A stretch of 57,781 nucleotides of DNA from assembly GCA_036679605.1 (NCBI GenBank), contig JAZDCZ010000179.1:1-57781 (forward strand), given 5' to 3'. Positions 17,982 to 28,398 of this stretch are shown here, in pieces (positions within the stretch are counted from its first letter, which is position 1; every line of letters begins with the position of its first letter). The DNA comes from Gemmatimonadota bacterium. Lineage in GTDB: Bacteria; Gemmatimonadota; Gemmatimonadetes; Gemmatimonadales; GWC2-71-9. A program made the position numbers and the translations under genes. The notes under the pieces were generated by a model. That model searched no databases, was not told the DNA's origin, and saw only the letters and a list, made by a program, of their open reading frames with translations.

Positions 17982-19103
17982 TTAGGCCGGAGTAACGGTG
18001 CCCAATATACGCGGCCCGGATGCACCGGTTGCCGAGGGGACGTTGCCCGGTCTGCCGGCGAGCGACAGCCATCCGAGGTATGCGAAGGCCGCTGCCTCCT
18101 TCGCGTCACCATCGAAGAATTCCTGCCCGAACTCTAGCACCCTGAAGCCTGGCAATTGCTCTCGAATCATCTTCATGAGAGTCAGGTTCTTTAGGCCCCC
18201 CCCGGAAACGAGCAGATCCCGATCACTAGTCTCGGGAATCCAGCCGCGGCATGCCGCGGCAACCGACTGCGCGGTCAAAGACACTGCCGTGGCCAAACAA
18301 TCGTCCGCTGAGGCGTCGGGCCTCGACGCACCCACCTGTCGGATCAGATCTTGTGCAAACGAGTCACCGAACATCTCTCGCCCGGTGCTCTTGGGCGGAT
18401 CGAGCGAGAAGTAATGACCTCGAAGCAAGCCATCGATGACTTGCTGTTCCGGTTCTCCACGTCCCGCCTGGCGGCCTCCGTCATCGAAAGACAGTGAGGG
18501 ATCGAAGTGGTTGACCACCGCGTCTATGATTGCAACTCCAGGGCCGGTGTCGAATGCGATCACCCCGTCTTCCGAACCCATGCGTGGCACCCAGGTGACG
18601 TTTGCCATTCCGCCGAGGTTCAGCAACACCCTGCCGTGCTGCTGGTGCGCAAACAGGTGGGCGTCCGCGATAGCAACCAGCGGCGCCCCTTCCCCACCTG
18701 CGGCCACGTCGCGGTTGCGAAAATTGCTGACAACTCTGACTCCTACGCGTTCCGCGATGACCGCAGCGTCACCGAATTGGAGCGAGGCTCGCCGTGGCTC
18801 GTGCCACATTGTTTGGCCGTGCGACGCAATGAACGAAATTTCTGCAGCTGACACTCCGGCATGCTTGAGCAATTCGAGCGTCGCTGCGGCAAACAGTTCC
18901 CCCAGTTCGACATTTATTAGCGCGGAATCTCGCATCGTGCCGCCGGCTAGCACTCTTGAAATCTTACATCGCATTGACGGCAGAAACGGGACGGTTCGGA
19001 AGGCTAGCAACTCCAACTGCGGCGTGGCATCAATGGCGACGAGGGCCGCATCTATGCCATCCAGTGACGTACCGGACATCAACCCGACGGCAAGTTCGCT
19101 CAC
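17982..19103 (-). CDS. anmK: Anhydro-N-acetylmuramic acid kinase
   Basis: GLMSGTSLDGID, SHGQT, GGEGAPL, NLGGMAN, FDTGPG, KSTGRE, KEA. Confidence 0.95.
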   Translation of the reverse strand: MSELAVGLMSGTSLDGIDAALVAIDATPQLELLAFRTVPFLPSMRCKISRVLAGGTMRDSALINVELGELFAAATLELLKHAGVSAAEISFIASHGQTMWHEPRRASLQFGDAAVIAERVGVRVVSNFRNRDVAAGGEGAPLVAIADAHLFAHQQHGRVLLNLGGMANVTWVPRMGSEDGVIAFDTGPGVAIIDAVVNHFDPSLSFDDGGRQAGRGEPEQQVIDGLLRGHYFSLDPPKSTGREMFGDSFAQDLIRQVGASRPDASADDCLATAVSLTAQSVAAACRGWIPETSDRDLLVSGGGLKNLTLMKMIREQLPGFRVLEFGQEFFDGDAKEAAAFAYLGWLSLAGRPGNVPSATGASGPRILGTVTPA

Positions 19104-20026
19104 TGGATCACCGGCGGAGGATCGCCCAACACCTTCCTAATCACGCCACCGGCCTTGTCCAGCTGTCGGCTCGCCTCGTCGGCGTCCACGTCGAGACCGA
19201 CCATCACAATGGCAATCTTCACGCTGCCGCCTGCACGCTCAATAGTTTTTCTGGCAACATCACGACCGACGCTACATGCCTCCATCACGATTCGCTCTCC
19301 CCGGTCCTTGAGCTTTTCACTAAGAGCTATCAGATCTACCATTAGGTTGCCGTAGACCTTGCCCAGCTGAATCATTGAAGCCGTTGTGATGCTATTCAAT
19401 ATCAACTTCGTGGCTGTCCCGGCCTTGAGTCGCGTCGACCCTGCCAGAGCCTCCGGTCCCACTCGAGCAACAATCAGGGAGTCACAAATCGCCGCGACGT
19501 CTTCGGGCGGGTCCGTGCAACTTACCAGGGCAGTGGTACAGCCCCGGGCGTGCGCACACATCAACGCACCTCTCACGAAAGGAGTCGTTCCACTCGCGGC
19601 AATTCCAATCACGATATCATCTTCCGTGACATTGTTTTCCTCTATTCTGGTCGCGCCCGCCGCGGCATCGTCCTCAGAGCCTTCTTGACTCTCCACAAGC
19701 GCCGGCAGCCCTCCCGCAATAATGGCGGAAACCATCCCGGGTGGAGACCCGAATGTCGGAGGACACTCTGCGGCATCCAGCACTCCCAGCCGGCCGCTGG
19801 TGCCGGCACCAACGTAGACAAGACGCCCGCCGGCACGGAGGGCACCGACCACCAAATCGATGGTCCTGGCCAGCACGCACCGAACGTCTCGAACCGCAGC
19901 CACGGCATCACCGTCTTCACGACTCAGCATGTCTACTATCTGCAGAGAAGAAGCGATGTCGATCGCTACTGTCCGAGGGTTTCGCTGTTCTGTAAGTCGG
20001 GAATCGAGGAACTCTGGTTCAGTCAT
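19100..20026 (-). CDS. murQ: N-acetylmuramic acid 6-phosphate etherase
   Basis: TEQRNP, GAGTSGRLGVLDAAECPPTF, GSTRLKAGTATK, GKVYGNLMVD. Confidence 0.95.
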   Translation of the reverse strand: MTEPEFLDSRLTEQRNPRTVAIDIASSLQIVDMLSREDGDAVAAVRDVRCVLARTIDLVVGALRAGGRLVYVGAGTSGRLGVLDAAECPPTFGSPPGMVSAIIAGGLPALVESQEGSEDDAAAGATRIEENNVTEDDIVIGIAASGTTPFVRGALMCAHARGCTTALVSCTDPPEDVAAICDSLIVARVGPEALAGSTRLKAGTATKLILNSITTASMIQLGKVYGNLMVDLIALSEKLKDRGERIVMEACSVGRDVARKTIERAGGSVKIAIVMVGLDVDADEASRQLDKAGGVIRKVLGDPPPVIQ

Positions 20027-20129
20027 GGATCCGAGAGCGTTCGCAAGACCAACGCGAATTGGCAAGGCAGGACCGGGGCCTGATTGCCCCGGTCGATACG
20101 GTGAATTCTAGGGTAGCTACGCGCGGCGA

Positions 20130-20888
20130 CTACGTCCCGCCGTCGATCACCAACGGGGCAGTCAAGACAATGCGAATAAGAGCACCCGCCGGCACGATCA
20201 AGTCGTGACCCTTTGTCGCAACCGCGACTCCTGCACCTGCTGCTGCACCTACTATTCCACCGATCACGGCCCCTTTCGTGTTCTTACCGATCACCCTACC
20301 CGCCACTGCGCCAACAACGGCGCCGGCACCAACCTTCGCCGCATCACCTCCGGTCACACCCTTGCCCTTCTCCTCAAAAGCAACGCTGTCCGAATGAGCT
20401 TGTATCGTGTACACATTGCCACCGAAATGCGCCTGGTTGAAAGCGAAGGCTACCGCATCACCGCTGATGCTGGTAATCGTGCCGGTCAGTAACGCTCCAG
20501 CCGGTACCACGACACGGCCGGCTTCATCGACGACATCGTTCACAGCTGTGGCCGTCACCCTGTCGCCTACCTTGTTGCTGTTCGAAACGATCGTGTCGGC
20601 TGCGACTAGGTCTATCTGAGTTCCGTCCGACAGTGACAACGGGGTAGGTTTTGGTGGTGGTGGAGCAGGCCTCGCCGGCCGCCTTGGCCGTGGCCGCGCT
20701 TCAGTCGGAGACGCCGCCTGAGTTTCAACCGGGGGAGTATCTCCGGTGGTGGGCTGGTCGCTCAGTGTCGCAACTGACTCCGCTGGGGGTAGCGTCAGGT
20801 CACGCTCAGCATCGGAGTTCGATTCGCCACAAGACCAGGACATGAGGGCCGCTCCGAAGAGCGGCGCCAGCGTGCGAGCACGTATCAT
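20130..20888 (-). CDS. Lipoprotein with Pro-rich linker and glycine-zipper motif
   Basis: Signal ending in Cys; GAGAVVGAVAG...GAVIGGIVGAAAG. Confidence 0.75.
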   Translation of the reverse strand: MIRARTLAPLFGAALMSWSCGESNSDAERDLTLPPAESVATLSDQPTTGDTPPVETQAASPTEARPRPRRPARPAPPPPKPTPLSLSDGTQIDLVAADTIVSNSNKVGDRVTATAVNDVVDEAGRVVVPAGALLTGTITSISGDAVAFAFNQAHFGGNVYTIQAHSDSVAFEEKGKGVTGGDAAKVGAGAVVGAVAGRVIGKNTKGAVIGGIVGAAAGAGVAVATKGHDLIVPAGALIRIVLTAPLVIDGGT

Positions 20889-21004
20889 AATGGAACCCCC
20901 TGTTAGACACTTTGTCGGACCGGGCAGACCTAGCTCACTTCACCGCGCACATCGTGCCTGAAACATGCTACGGGCACCTTCCTTCAACAAGTCAGGGCGC
21001 GGCG

Positions 21005-21727
21005 CTATAGCCTCGAGCGGAGAAACTCCGGAGTCAGGCCCTGGAGCCAGCTTGCGAGAATCGCGAAATAGCCAGATATCAACAACAAACCCACGCCCAC
21101 CATCACGCCACCAGCGATCTTTGTGGTCAGCGGCATAAAGCGTTGGTAGCTCTTGAACCAGCCGATGAATTTCTCAACGGCCAGGGCAGCAAGGAGAAAG
21201 GGAACGGCAAGGCCCATAGAGTACGACAATAGAAGTAGCAGCCCCTGTCCCACGCTGGTCTGGGATCCGGTGTACAGCAGGATGGACCCCAATATTGGGC
21301 CGATACACGGTGTCCACCCAGCACCGAAAGCCAGCCCCACCAGCGCACTACCGAGGTATCCGACGGGCTTGTCTTGGAGATGAACCCTCTTTTCACGTGA
21401 CATGGCACCGAGGCGAAACACGCCCAGCATATAGAGGCCGAAAAAGATTATTAGAGCGCCACCGATCCGTTCCAGCCACACTTGATAATAGTTGAGAAAT
21501 CGGCCCAGGGCCGTTGCCGTCGCGCCCAGGGCCAAGAAAATCAGCGTGAATCCGCCGATGAAGAACAGCGCATGGGTGAACGCAGTCCACCTGCGTTCTC
21601 CCAACTCGTCCAGCGAGAGGCCGGTTATGAACGAAACATAACTCGGCACCAACGGCAGAACACAAGGGGACAGAAAGCTCAGCACCCCTGCTACAAAAGC
21701 AACTGGAATTCCAACTGATTCAGTCAT
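21005..21727 (-). CDS. ccdA: CcdA/DsbD-type thiol-disulfide transporter
   Basis: GVLSFLSPCVLPLVP and WTPCIGPILG motifs; multi-TM. Confidence 0.92.
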   Translation of the reverse strand: MTESVGIPVAFVAGVLSFLSPCVLPLVPSYVSFITGLSLDELGERRWTAFTHALFFIGGFTLIFLALGATATALGRFLNYYQVWLERIGGALIIFFGLYMLGVFRLGAMSREKRVHLQDKPVGYLGSALVGLAFGAGWTPCIGPILGSILLYTGSQTSVGQGLLLLLSYSMGLAVPFLLAALAVEKFIGWFKSYQRFMPLTTKIAGGVMVGVGLLLISGYFAILASWLQGLTPEFLRSRL

Positions 21728-21754
21728 ACAGAATGAAAACGCAGACGGCCATAA

Positions 21755-22693
21755 TTAGTTCCCAAATTTCGCTAAAAACCCAACGATTTTATAGAGAAGC
21801 TTGGCAGCCAAAAAATCGGGGGCTACAATGCCTGGCAGCGGAGCCAACTCTACGATGTCACAACCAACCACGCTTTTCTCTCTGAACACCCGTTCAAGCA
21901 ACCTGAGCGTGGGATACCAACTTCCGCCGCCTGGCTCTGGAGTGCCCGTAGACGGCATCAGCGACGGATCGAAATAGTCTACGTCTACAGTCAAGTAGAC
22001 ACTGTCCCCCAGTGAGTCGAGCACGCGCTCGATCCAATCATCTCCCCGTTCCAATTCATGGGCATATACCACGGGGATATCCTTGTCCTTGATCAACTTC
22101 GCTTCCTCGGAAGTGAGAGAGCGGATCCCCACCGGTACCAATCGCACTCGATCGACTACGCCGTACATCACGCAGGCGTGGGACAACGGCGTCCCCTCAT
22201 ATTCAGTCCGCAGATCAGCATGCGCGTCTAGCTGCAACACGGACAGTTTACTACCACTGGCGCGGTCCGCATGTGCCAAGATCGGCGGGCCGGACACGCT
22301 ATGCTCGCCTCCTATCATGATCACGAATCTGCCCGCGTCCAGCAACAGGTCAAACGCACGTCTCAGCTCTCGCAAAGCCTCTTCGGGACCGCTATCGGGC
22401 AGAATCAGTTCTGGAAGAGTGTGTATCCCGATCCGATGCGGTTCGAGTTCCAATTCATGATCGTACAACTCAAGATACCGCGAGGCATGAAGGAGTCCGC
22501 GCGGTCCAAAACGAGTGCCGCCCATGTAAGACACGGTTGCCTCGTAGGGGACTGGTAGCACTACTACCTGCGATGAATCGAAATCGGACCCATCTACCGG
22601 AATACCGAGGAAAGACTCCGGCGGTGACCAGGGCAGCTTTTCCAAGTTGGGAGAAACACCGCTAGGCTTTCCCCTGTCACGAAACTCGTTCAT
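21755..22693 (-). CDS. speB: Agmatinase
   Basis: GGEHS, DAHADLR, SHAC, DVDYFDP, TGTPEPGG; ATGA overlap with upstream gene. Confidence 0.92.
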   Translation of the reverse strand: MNEFRDRGKPSGVSPNLEKLPWSPPESFLGIPVDGSDFDSSQVVVLPVPYEATVSYMGGTRFGPRGLLHASRYLELYDHELELEPHRIGIHTLPELILPDSGPEEALRELRRAFDLLLDAGRFVIMIGGEHSVSGPPILAHADRASGSKLSVLQLDAHADLRTEYEGTPLSHACVMYGVVDRVRLVPVGIRSLTSEEAKLIKDKDIPVVYAHELERGDDWIERVLDSLGDSVYLTVDVDYFDPSLMPSTGTPEPGGGSWYPTLRLLERVFREKSVVGCDIVELAPLPGIVAPDFLAAKLLYKIVGFLAKFGN

Positions 22694-23250
22694 CCGCAGA
22701 ACACCACAGCGCTGACTACTGTCACCCACTTACCATCGTGGTGTGCCTCAGCCGTACAACTAATGTTCGTGGTCTTCACTATCTCGCCCGACAGGCGCCA
22801 TTGCTCTCTGCGCTCGTCCCAGGCCTGATCCGGGTTGAAGGAGACGCCCAATACTGTTGCAAGCATGCTGGCCGCCAAGTCTTCGACATAGTCGCCAGCT
22901 TCTCGCTTGCTGAGCCCAAACCCGTGGTGCTCCGATATATATCCGTAGCGGTTTTGATCTGCAGGTATCGCCAAGCCTATCGATGCCGTCGCACGCCTCG
23001 AGGGTTCGTCGGTCACCGCCTCTGCTACCACCGCAAACACTACCTGGCCGGGCATCAGTTTTTTCACACCGCTCTTGCGGCTAACCATGCGGCAGCGAGG
23101 TGGCCAAATCGAACTTACACGAACCAAATTATGTTGCGCGATACGTGCCTCCCGAAGGGCCATCTCAAAGCTCGTCAGTTTTTCCTTGTGGCGCCCAATA
23201 CCCTTCGTCAGAAATGCCTCAGTTGGCACAAACATCCTTGGGTCGATCAC
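22690..23250 (-). CDS. pdaD: Pyruvoyl-dependent arginine decarboxylase
   Basis: SFEMALREA, NLVRVSSI (Ser-Ser self-cleavage site), GYISEHH; AAGGAGG RBS before GTG 23250. Confidence 0.9.
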   Translation of the reverse strand: MIDPRMFVPTEAFLTKGIGRHKEKLTSFEMALREARIAQHNLVRVSSIWPPRCRMVSRKSGVKKLMPGQVVFAVVAEAVTDEPSRRATASIGLAIPADQNRYGYISEHHGFGLSKREAGDYVEDLAASMLATVLGVSFNPDQAWDERREQWRLSGEIVKTTNISCTAEAHHDGKWVTVVSAVVFCG

Positions 23251-23756
23251 GAGCGCGCCTCCTTGCCTGGGATTGTGCTCAGTTCCAGTAACCGGGCATC
23301 CTGCCCCTGGCATTCGTGACAGACACCGTAGATCTCAAGCCTGTGATGATGATGACGAAAACCGTACTCTTCAGCTATAAGAACCTTCATCCTCTCTAGT
23401 CGCTCACTAGAGAACTCCACGACCTTTCCACAGGTTATACATATGAGGTGCTCGTGATGGCCCTGCTCGGTAACGGGCTCATATCGCTTGAAACCCTCGT
23501 CGAAATCGTGCTCGCGCACGAGTCCGGCTTCCAGCATGACTTCCAGGGTTCTATAGATCGTCGCCCGTCCTATCCGGTCCGACGACGAGCGCAGCAACCG
23601 CTCTAAATCACCAACCGAAAGATGGGAGTCCGAGAAAAAGACTGCCTCGGCGATAGTCACTCGTTGGTGGGTTACCGGAAGATTGCGATCCTTGAGGTAG
23701 CGACGGAAAACCTCGAGTAACGCCTTGCCATCAATCCTGGGCGGCGGGCTCGTCAT
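23247..23756 (-). CDS. Fur-family transcriptional regulator
   Basis: THQR, H LS, ATIYRTL, HHEHLICITCG, YGVCHEC. Confidence 0.92.
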   Translation of the reverse strand: MTSPPPRIDGKALLEVFRRYLKDRNLPVTHQRVTIAEAVFFSDSHLSVGDLERLLRSSSDRIGRATIYRTLEVMLEAGLVREHDFDEGFKRYEPVTEQGHHEHLICITCGKVVEFSSERLERMKVLIAEEYGFRHHHHRLEIYGVCHECQGQDARLLELSTIPGKEARS

Positions 23757-24144
23757 CCTCGACTCCATACCAGAGATCTGGTGATATTTCAACGGGCGGA
23801 TAGCTTTCGCCGCTGCGTTCTTGCACGCCCCGGATGACCTCTTGGACCACGGCCGGTGGACTCTCACCCACCTCCTCAACCGCAATCTTCTCCTGCCCCT
23901 TCGACCGCCCACGTACCGTCGACATGTAGCTGGCCGTAAAGATCCGACGCCTGCCCGAATCGGCGCAGCTGGATACAACCGCGACCCCCCACTCACGCTC
24001 ATCTTTTCTCACAGGATGAAAGAGCCAAATGCCCTCGATTTCACTCGGCGGAACTATGGCCGCAACCGCTTGCGCTACACTCTTCCACCCCACCCCGTAT
24101 TGCGGGTGCCGAGAGACGGTCGTCTGAGGTCTAGAAGTTGTCAT
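23731..24144 (-). CDS. Hypothetical protein
   Basis: 137-aa ORF filling the gap between priA and fur, globular composition. Confidence 0.65.
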   Translation of the reverse strand: MTTSRPQTTVSRHPQYGVGWKSVAQAVAAIVPPSEIEGIWLFHPVRKDEREWGVAVVSSCADSGRRRIFTASYMSTVRGRSKGQEKIAVEEVGESPPAVVQEVIRGVQERSGESYPPVEISPDLWYGVEDDEPAAQD

Positions 24145-24266
24145 GTCACATCCACTTGAACGAGATCGCCGTGTTAACGCAGCCTACCGCCGCCATCGCA
24201 ACCGGCACAGACCCTTATCAGCGGCGCATTGAAAGTATCGGTTGTAATCTGACGACTCAAGTCGGA

Positions 24267-26681
24267 TCAAAGGACCGACACAGGATCGCGGTCGAACACC
24301 ACCCGTACTGGCCCTTCTCTCGTGAATGGAGCGCGAACAGCTGCATAGCGCGTGACGCGATCCAGCAACTGCCGATTGGTCCCTCGCAACATCATGTGCC
24401 ACCGCCAGCGGCGTTTAATCCTCGCCAGAGGTGCCGGGGCCGGTCCGATCACATCCATAGTCGCGTCGGCTCTGGTGGAGACCAGCCCCCTCAGCCATTC
24501 GGATACTTTGACCGCCCCGTCCGCAACAGCCACCTCATTGAGTCCGCTCACAACCACGTTGACCAACCCCACATGGGGCGGGTATGCCGGGGATTCGCGC
24601 ATCGCCAATTCGCGTTGGGAAAACCCGGGGAAATCATGTTTTGCCGCTGCTTCCAGAGCATAGTGAATCGGGTTGCGGGTCTGAATTAGCACTCGGCCAC
24701 CAAGGCGACCGCGGCCGGCACGCCCAGCGACCTGAGCGATTAGCTGGAACGTTCGTTCCGCCGAGCGAAAATCGGGCAAATGCAAAGCAGTATCCGCATC
24801 TATGACTCCAACCAACGTAACCTGCGGAAAATCTAGACCCTTGGCTATCATCTGAGTGCCGAAAAGAATATCGACATCGCCACGAGCCACAGCATCGAAG
24901 ATCTTGCGGTGTGACCATTTGCCGGACGTCGTGTCCGCATCCATTCGCGCCAGCCGGGCCGTCGGGAACCGCTCGGCCAACCAATGCTCCAATGATTGCG
25001 TACCCATCCCTCGGGCCCGTTGAATAGGGTGGCCGCACTGTCCGCACGCCATTGGAACGGGCTCTGTGTGTCCGCAGTAGTGGCACCGCAATCCTTCCGG
25101 GGTTCGGTGAACCGTCAGAGAGATGCTGCACTGGGGACACTCGCACACTGAACCACATTCGGGACACTGCAAAAAGTTCGCGAATCCCCTTCGATTGAGC
25201 AGCAAGATTATCTGGTTGCCAGCCGCCAGTTCGGCATCCACGGCAACGTCAAGGGTCTTCGTCCACGGCACCGCTCCGCTCCCCGAAACACGTGGCTCGT
25301 GACGGAGATCCAGCAAGGATACCTCTGGCAGCGGCTGCTCAGTGATTCGCTGCGGCAATGAGATCACTGTTATCGATTCCCTAGCCCAGGTTTCGAGCGA
25401 CGGTGTGGCACTGGCCAGTATTACTTTCGCACCTTCGATTATTCCCCTCCGCATCGCGACGTCGCGGGCATGATACCTCGGCGATTCGCCGTGCTTGTAG
25501 CTGGTATCGTGCTCTTCGTCCACAACGATCGCGGCAAGCCTTTGAACGGGCGCGAATATCGCCGACCGCGTACCTACCGCGACCCGACGTTCGCCACTCG
25601 CCAAGCTGCGCCATGCATCCGCCCTCTCTCCGTCCGACAACCTACTGTGCAAAATCGCCACTGTGTCACCCAGCGCCCCGTAAACTCGCGAGATTGTCTG
25701 AGGCGTAAGTGCGATCTCCGGAACCAGGATTATCGCACTCGACCCCTTCTCTATCTCAGGTCGCAGTGCCTCGAGGTAAACGAGAGTCTTGCCGCTTGCC
25801 GTCACTCCGAATAGCAGGGCGCTCTTACCCGGCTCAAGTGCATGGATGTCGGATATGGCGTCGATTTGGGCATTGATTGGTTGGGGATGCCTTGAAGGGA
25901 CGACGTTCTCTAGAAAGTCGCGGTCGCGGGAACGCTCTTCAATTCGTGCCACATTCCGCTCGACGAGGGCCTTTAACACGGCAGATGAGAACCCACCTTT
26001 CTCTCTCAGATGACTCACCGCCACCTCTCCACCCATTGCCTCAACTGCCTCATATGCCTCTCGCTGACGACGCGCTTTTCCGAAAACATTTTCGCGCTCC
26101 ATCAGTGACGGCAACCGCGTCGTTAGCACTAGGATCCGCTCCTTGCGTTGCCTAGGACCCAAATCGGGCGGCTCTGTCTCCAGAGTCACGGCCCCGACCC
26201 TGGCCAACCTCTGTAAAGGCTCCCACACCGGTCTGTGCAGCTTGCGTGAAAGCTGAGTCGCTCCGATTCGTCCCCCCGAGCGCTCGATGAGGCGTATGAT
26301 GTCACGACTCGCACCACCGGGCGCAGCGGTCGGATCTCGCAGTTGGGCTATCAAACGAGAGCGTCCCCAAAGTGCAGAGGGCATCATCGCCCGCAGCGAA
26401 AGCCCGATCGGTGCGAGGTAGTATCCAGATAGCCAGCGTGCCAGATCAAGTAGTCCGGCCGAGAGAATGGGCCGCTGGTCCGGAGCCAGCAACACCTGTT
26501 TGAGCCCGGCTTTCGATGACCGACTGAGATCCAGCACGACTCCAATCATTTGCTGCGAGCGGACGGGTACGACAACTCTCGCACCCGGTTCGACCCTGTC
26601 TGCCATGCTAGCCGGAATCAAATACTCGTAGGGCTTATCAGCTGGAATCGGCAACGCTACCTGACAGGTGGCTGGGGTCAT
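24267..26681 (-). CDS. priA: Primosomal protein N'
   Basis: GVTASGKT, VPEIALTPQ, DEEH, SATPS, four CxxC pairs, QVAGRAGR. Confidence 0.96.
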   Translation of the reverse strand: MTPATCQVALPIPADKPYEYLIPASMADRVEPGARVVVPVRSQQMIGVVLDLSRSSKAGLKQVLLAPDQRPILSAGLLDLARWLSGYYLAPIGLSLRAMMPSALWGRSRLIAQLRDPTAAPGGASRDIIRLIERSGGRIGATQLSRKLHRPVWEPLQRLARVGAVTLETEPPDLGPRQRKERILVLTTRLPSLMERENVFGKARRQREAYEAVEAMGGEVAVSHLREKGGFSSAVLKALVERNVARIEERSRDRDFLENVVPSRHPQPINAQIDAISDIHALEPGKSALLFGVTASGKTLVYLEALRPEIEKGSSAIILVPEIALTPQTISRVYGALGDTVAILHSRLSDGERADAWRSLASGERRVAVGTRSAIFAPVQRLAAIVVDEEHDTSYKHGESPRYHARDVAMRRGIIEGAKVILASATPSLETWARESITVISLPQRITEQPLPEVSLLDLRHEPRVSGSGAVPWTKTLDVAVDAELAAGNQIILLLNRRGFANFLQCPECGSVCECPQCSISLTVHRTPEGLRCHYCGHTEPVPMACGQCGHPIQRARGMGTQSLEHWLAERFPTARLARMDADTTSGKWSHRKIFDAVARGDVDILFGTQMIAKGLDFPQVTLVGVIDADTALHLPDFRSAERTFQLIAQVAGRAGRGRLGGRVLIQTRNPIHYALEAAAKHDFPGFSQRELAMRESPAYPPHVGLVNVVVSGLNEVAVADGAVKVSEWLRGLVSTRADATMDVIGPAPAPLARIKRRWRWHMMLRGTNRQLLDRVTRYAAVRAPFTREGPVRVVFDRDPVSVL

Positions 26682-26703
26682 GTATTGAGAAAGCGGGGGA
26701 GAC

Positions 26704-27444
26704 CTAGTTTTGCGGCCAACGTGTTCCTTTCATGATGAGCAGGCCGAGAAAACGCCTTCTTACCAGTCTGCGCAGAGCCCGCATCGGGCGTTCAACAACG
26801 GTTCTTGCCCCGACCCATCCCGCTGCATGCCACCCTCTCATCAACAGGGTAGGAATACCATGTGCGATCCAGGAACCATCGGGCCCCGCGTCTTCGACCG
26901 TCAGCTCTACGAGTCCGGCATTTCGCATCACGCCCTTCCACTCCACTGGAATGCGTGGTGAAATCCCCAACGACTCCAATGCTAGTACATCTTGGCGGGC
27001 CGGAGTTTTGAGCCAGGCCGGAACCAACGCCACGACACTGCACATTGGGCGGACAACGCGGCCCGCCTCGTCAAGCACGGACTGAGCATCCGCTCCCGGT
27101 AGGTAGAGCACGTGGACGAACACCATGTCGAAGACCTTGTCCTCATGAGGCAAATCGGCGGGGTCAGCTACTTGAAAGGTAGCCAAGCTCGCAAGATCGG
27201 CCTCGCGGCCCGCCTGCTCCGCAACCTCGATCGCATTCGGGTCGGGGTCCACTCCATCTGTGTGCTTTTGAAACCGACCGCACCACCACAGGACGGACCG
27301 GCCCGATCCGCATCCGATCCATAGCGCTTCTTCTCCCGCACCCGCATCAGAAACCTGTGTTAATCTTCGGAGTATGGGCTCTTCGATCTCCGACCATGGT
27401 TGAACGATGGCCAGGAGGGTCGTGGCTGACAGCTGTGGCGGCAT
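26704..27444 (-). CDS. Class I SAM-dependent methyltransferase
   Basis: WIGCGSG motif I, GVD, DLPHEDKVFD. Confidence 0.75.
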   Translation of the reverse strand: MPPQLSATTLLAIVQPWSEIEEPILRRLTQVSDAGAGEEALWIGCGSGRSVLWWCGRFQKHTDGVDPDPNAIEVAEQAGREADLASLATFQVADPADLPHEDKVFDMVFVHVLYLPGADAQSVLDEAGRVVRPMCSVVALVPAWLKTPARQDVLALESLGISPRIPVEWKGVMRNAGLVELTVEDAGPDGSWIAHGIPTLLMRGWHAAGWVGARTVVERPMRALRRLVRRRFLGLLIMKGTRWPQN

Positions 27445-27470
27445 GGCCTGAACTTAGGGTCGGCAGCTGA

Positions 27471-28370
27471 TCAAGCAAGCGCCTCAACGTGTGCTGCCAC
27501 GGCAGTAGCCAACCGCTCTGGCACATACCCACCTTCCAGCACCGATGCCATCGGTGCTCCCAATTCGCTCCAACATGTCACCCATTGCACGAAGTCGGCA
27601 GGTTCCAACGTGAAGCCCGCCAGAGGATCGCCGGCCAAAGCATCGAATCCGGCAGATATCAAAACCAGTTGCGGTATCCATTCGGAGGTCGCCAGACCTA
27701 CCGCGGCGAGCAAGGCGTCGACGTATGTCTTGCGCGGCAGCCCGGGCGGTAGCGGTATGTTGGTGATATTACCGACCCCCTTTTCTTCCGCTTTGCCAGT
27801 ACCCGGATACAACGGCCACTGGTGAAGAGATACGTAGCGAATGCGTGCCTCCTGCTCGACGAGCGCCTGAGTGCCATTGCCGTGATGTACATCCCAGTCG
27901 ACGATGAGGACGCGGTCTAGTCCCGCGCAGTCTATGGCCCATCGCGCCGCTACCACTACGTTATTGATGATGCAGAATCCCATTGCTCGTGCCGTCGTCG
28001 CGTGGTGCCCCGGTGGGCGAACTGCCGCGAAGCTGTTGGTACCTGACAGCGCGCACCGTGCTGCTGCGACCGCCGCTCCAGCAGCATATACTGCCGCCTC
28101 ATAGCTCCGCTCGCTAACAACGGTATCCTCATCCAACCTGCCACCACCACTCCGCACCACCGTTTCTATGTCCTCGAGATACTCAGGAGCATGCACGGCA
28201 TGCAGTAGCGCATCCTCCGCGGGTTTCGGGACACCCCATTCGACTGATTCAATGAGTCGTGGCGATCGAAGAGCATCCAGAACAGCCTCCAGCCTATCGG
28301 GAGACTCAGGGTGCCCCTGTGGTGTATGGTGTTCCAATGAAGAGGGGTGATAGAAAACCCGAGTGGTCAT
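27471..28370 (-). CDS. Histone-deacetylase family protein (AcuC/AphA-like)
   Basis: HPESPDR, RPPGHHA, GFC, DWDVHHGNGTQ, SAGFD, LEGGY. Confidence 0.93.
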   Translation of the reverse strand: MTTRVFYHPSSLEHHTPQGHPESPDRLEAVLDALRSPRLIESVEWGVPKPAEDALLHAVHAPEYLEDIETVVRSGGGRLDEDTVVSERSYEAAVYAAGAAVAAARCALSGTNSFAAVRPPGHHATTARAMGFCIINNVVVAARWAIDCAGLDRVLIVDWDVHHGNGTQALVEQEARIRYVSLHQWPLYPGTGKAEEKGVGNITNIPLPPGLPRKTYVDALLAAVGLATSEWIPQLVLISAGFDALAGDPLAGFTLEPADFVQWVTCWSELGAPMASVLEGGYVPERLATAVAAHVEALA

Positions 28371-28398
28371 CCGAACTGGTGACCCATGCCATGCTCCA

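Noticed and set aside
20071..20094. 9-bp hairpin upstream of murQ as a terminator
   Set aside because: No U-tract on either strand; role undetermined
23757..24002. Long N-terminal extension of Fur in the ORF track
   Set aside because: Overlaps the 137-aa gene in another frame; ATG 23756 has an RBS and gives a normal Fur length
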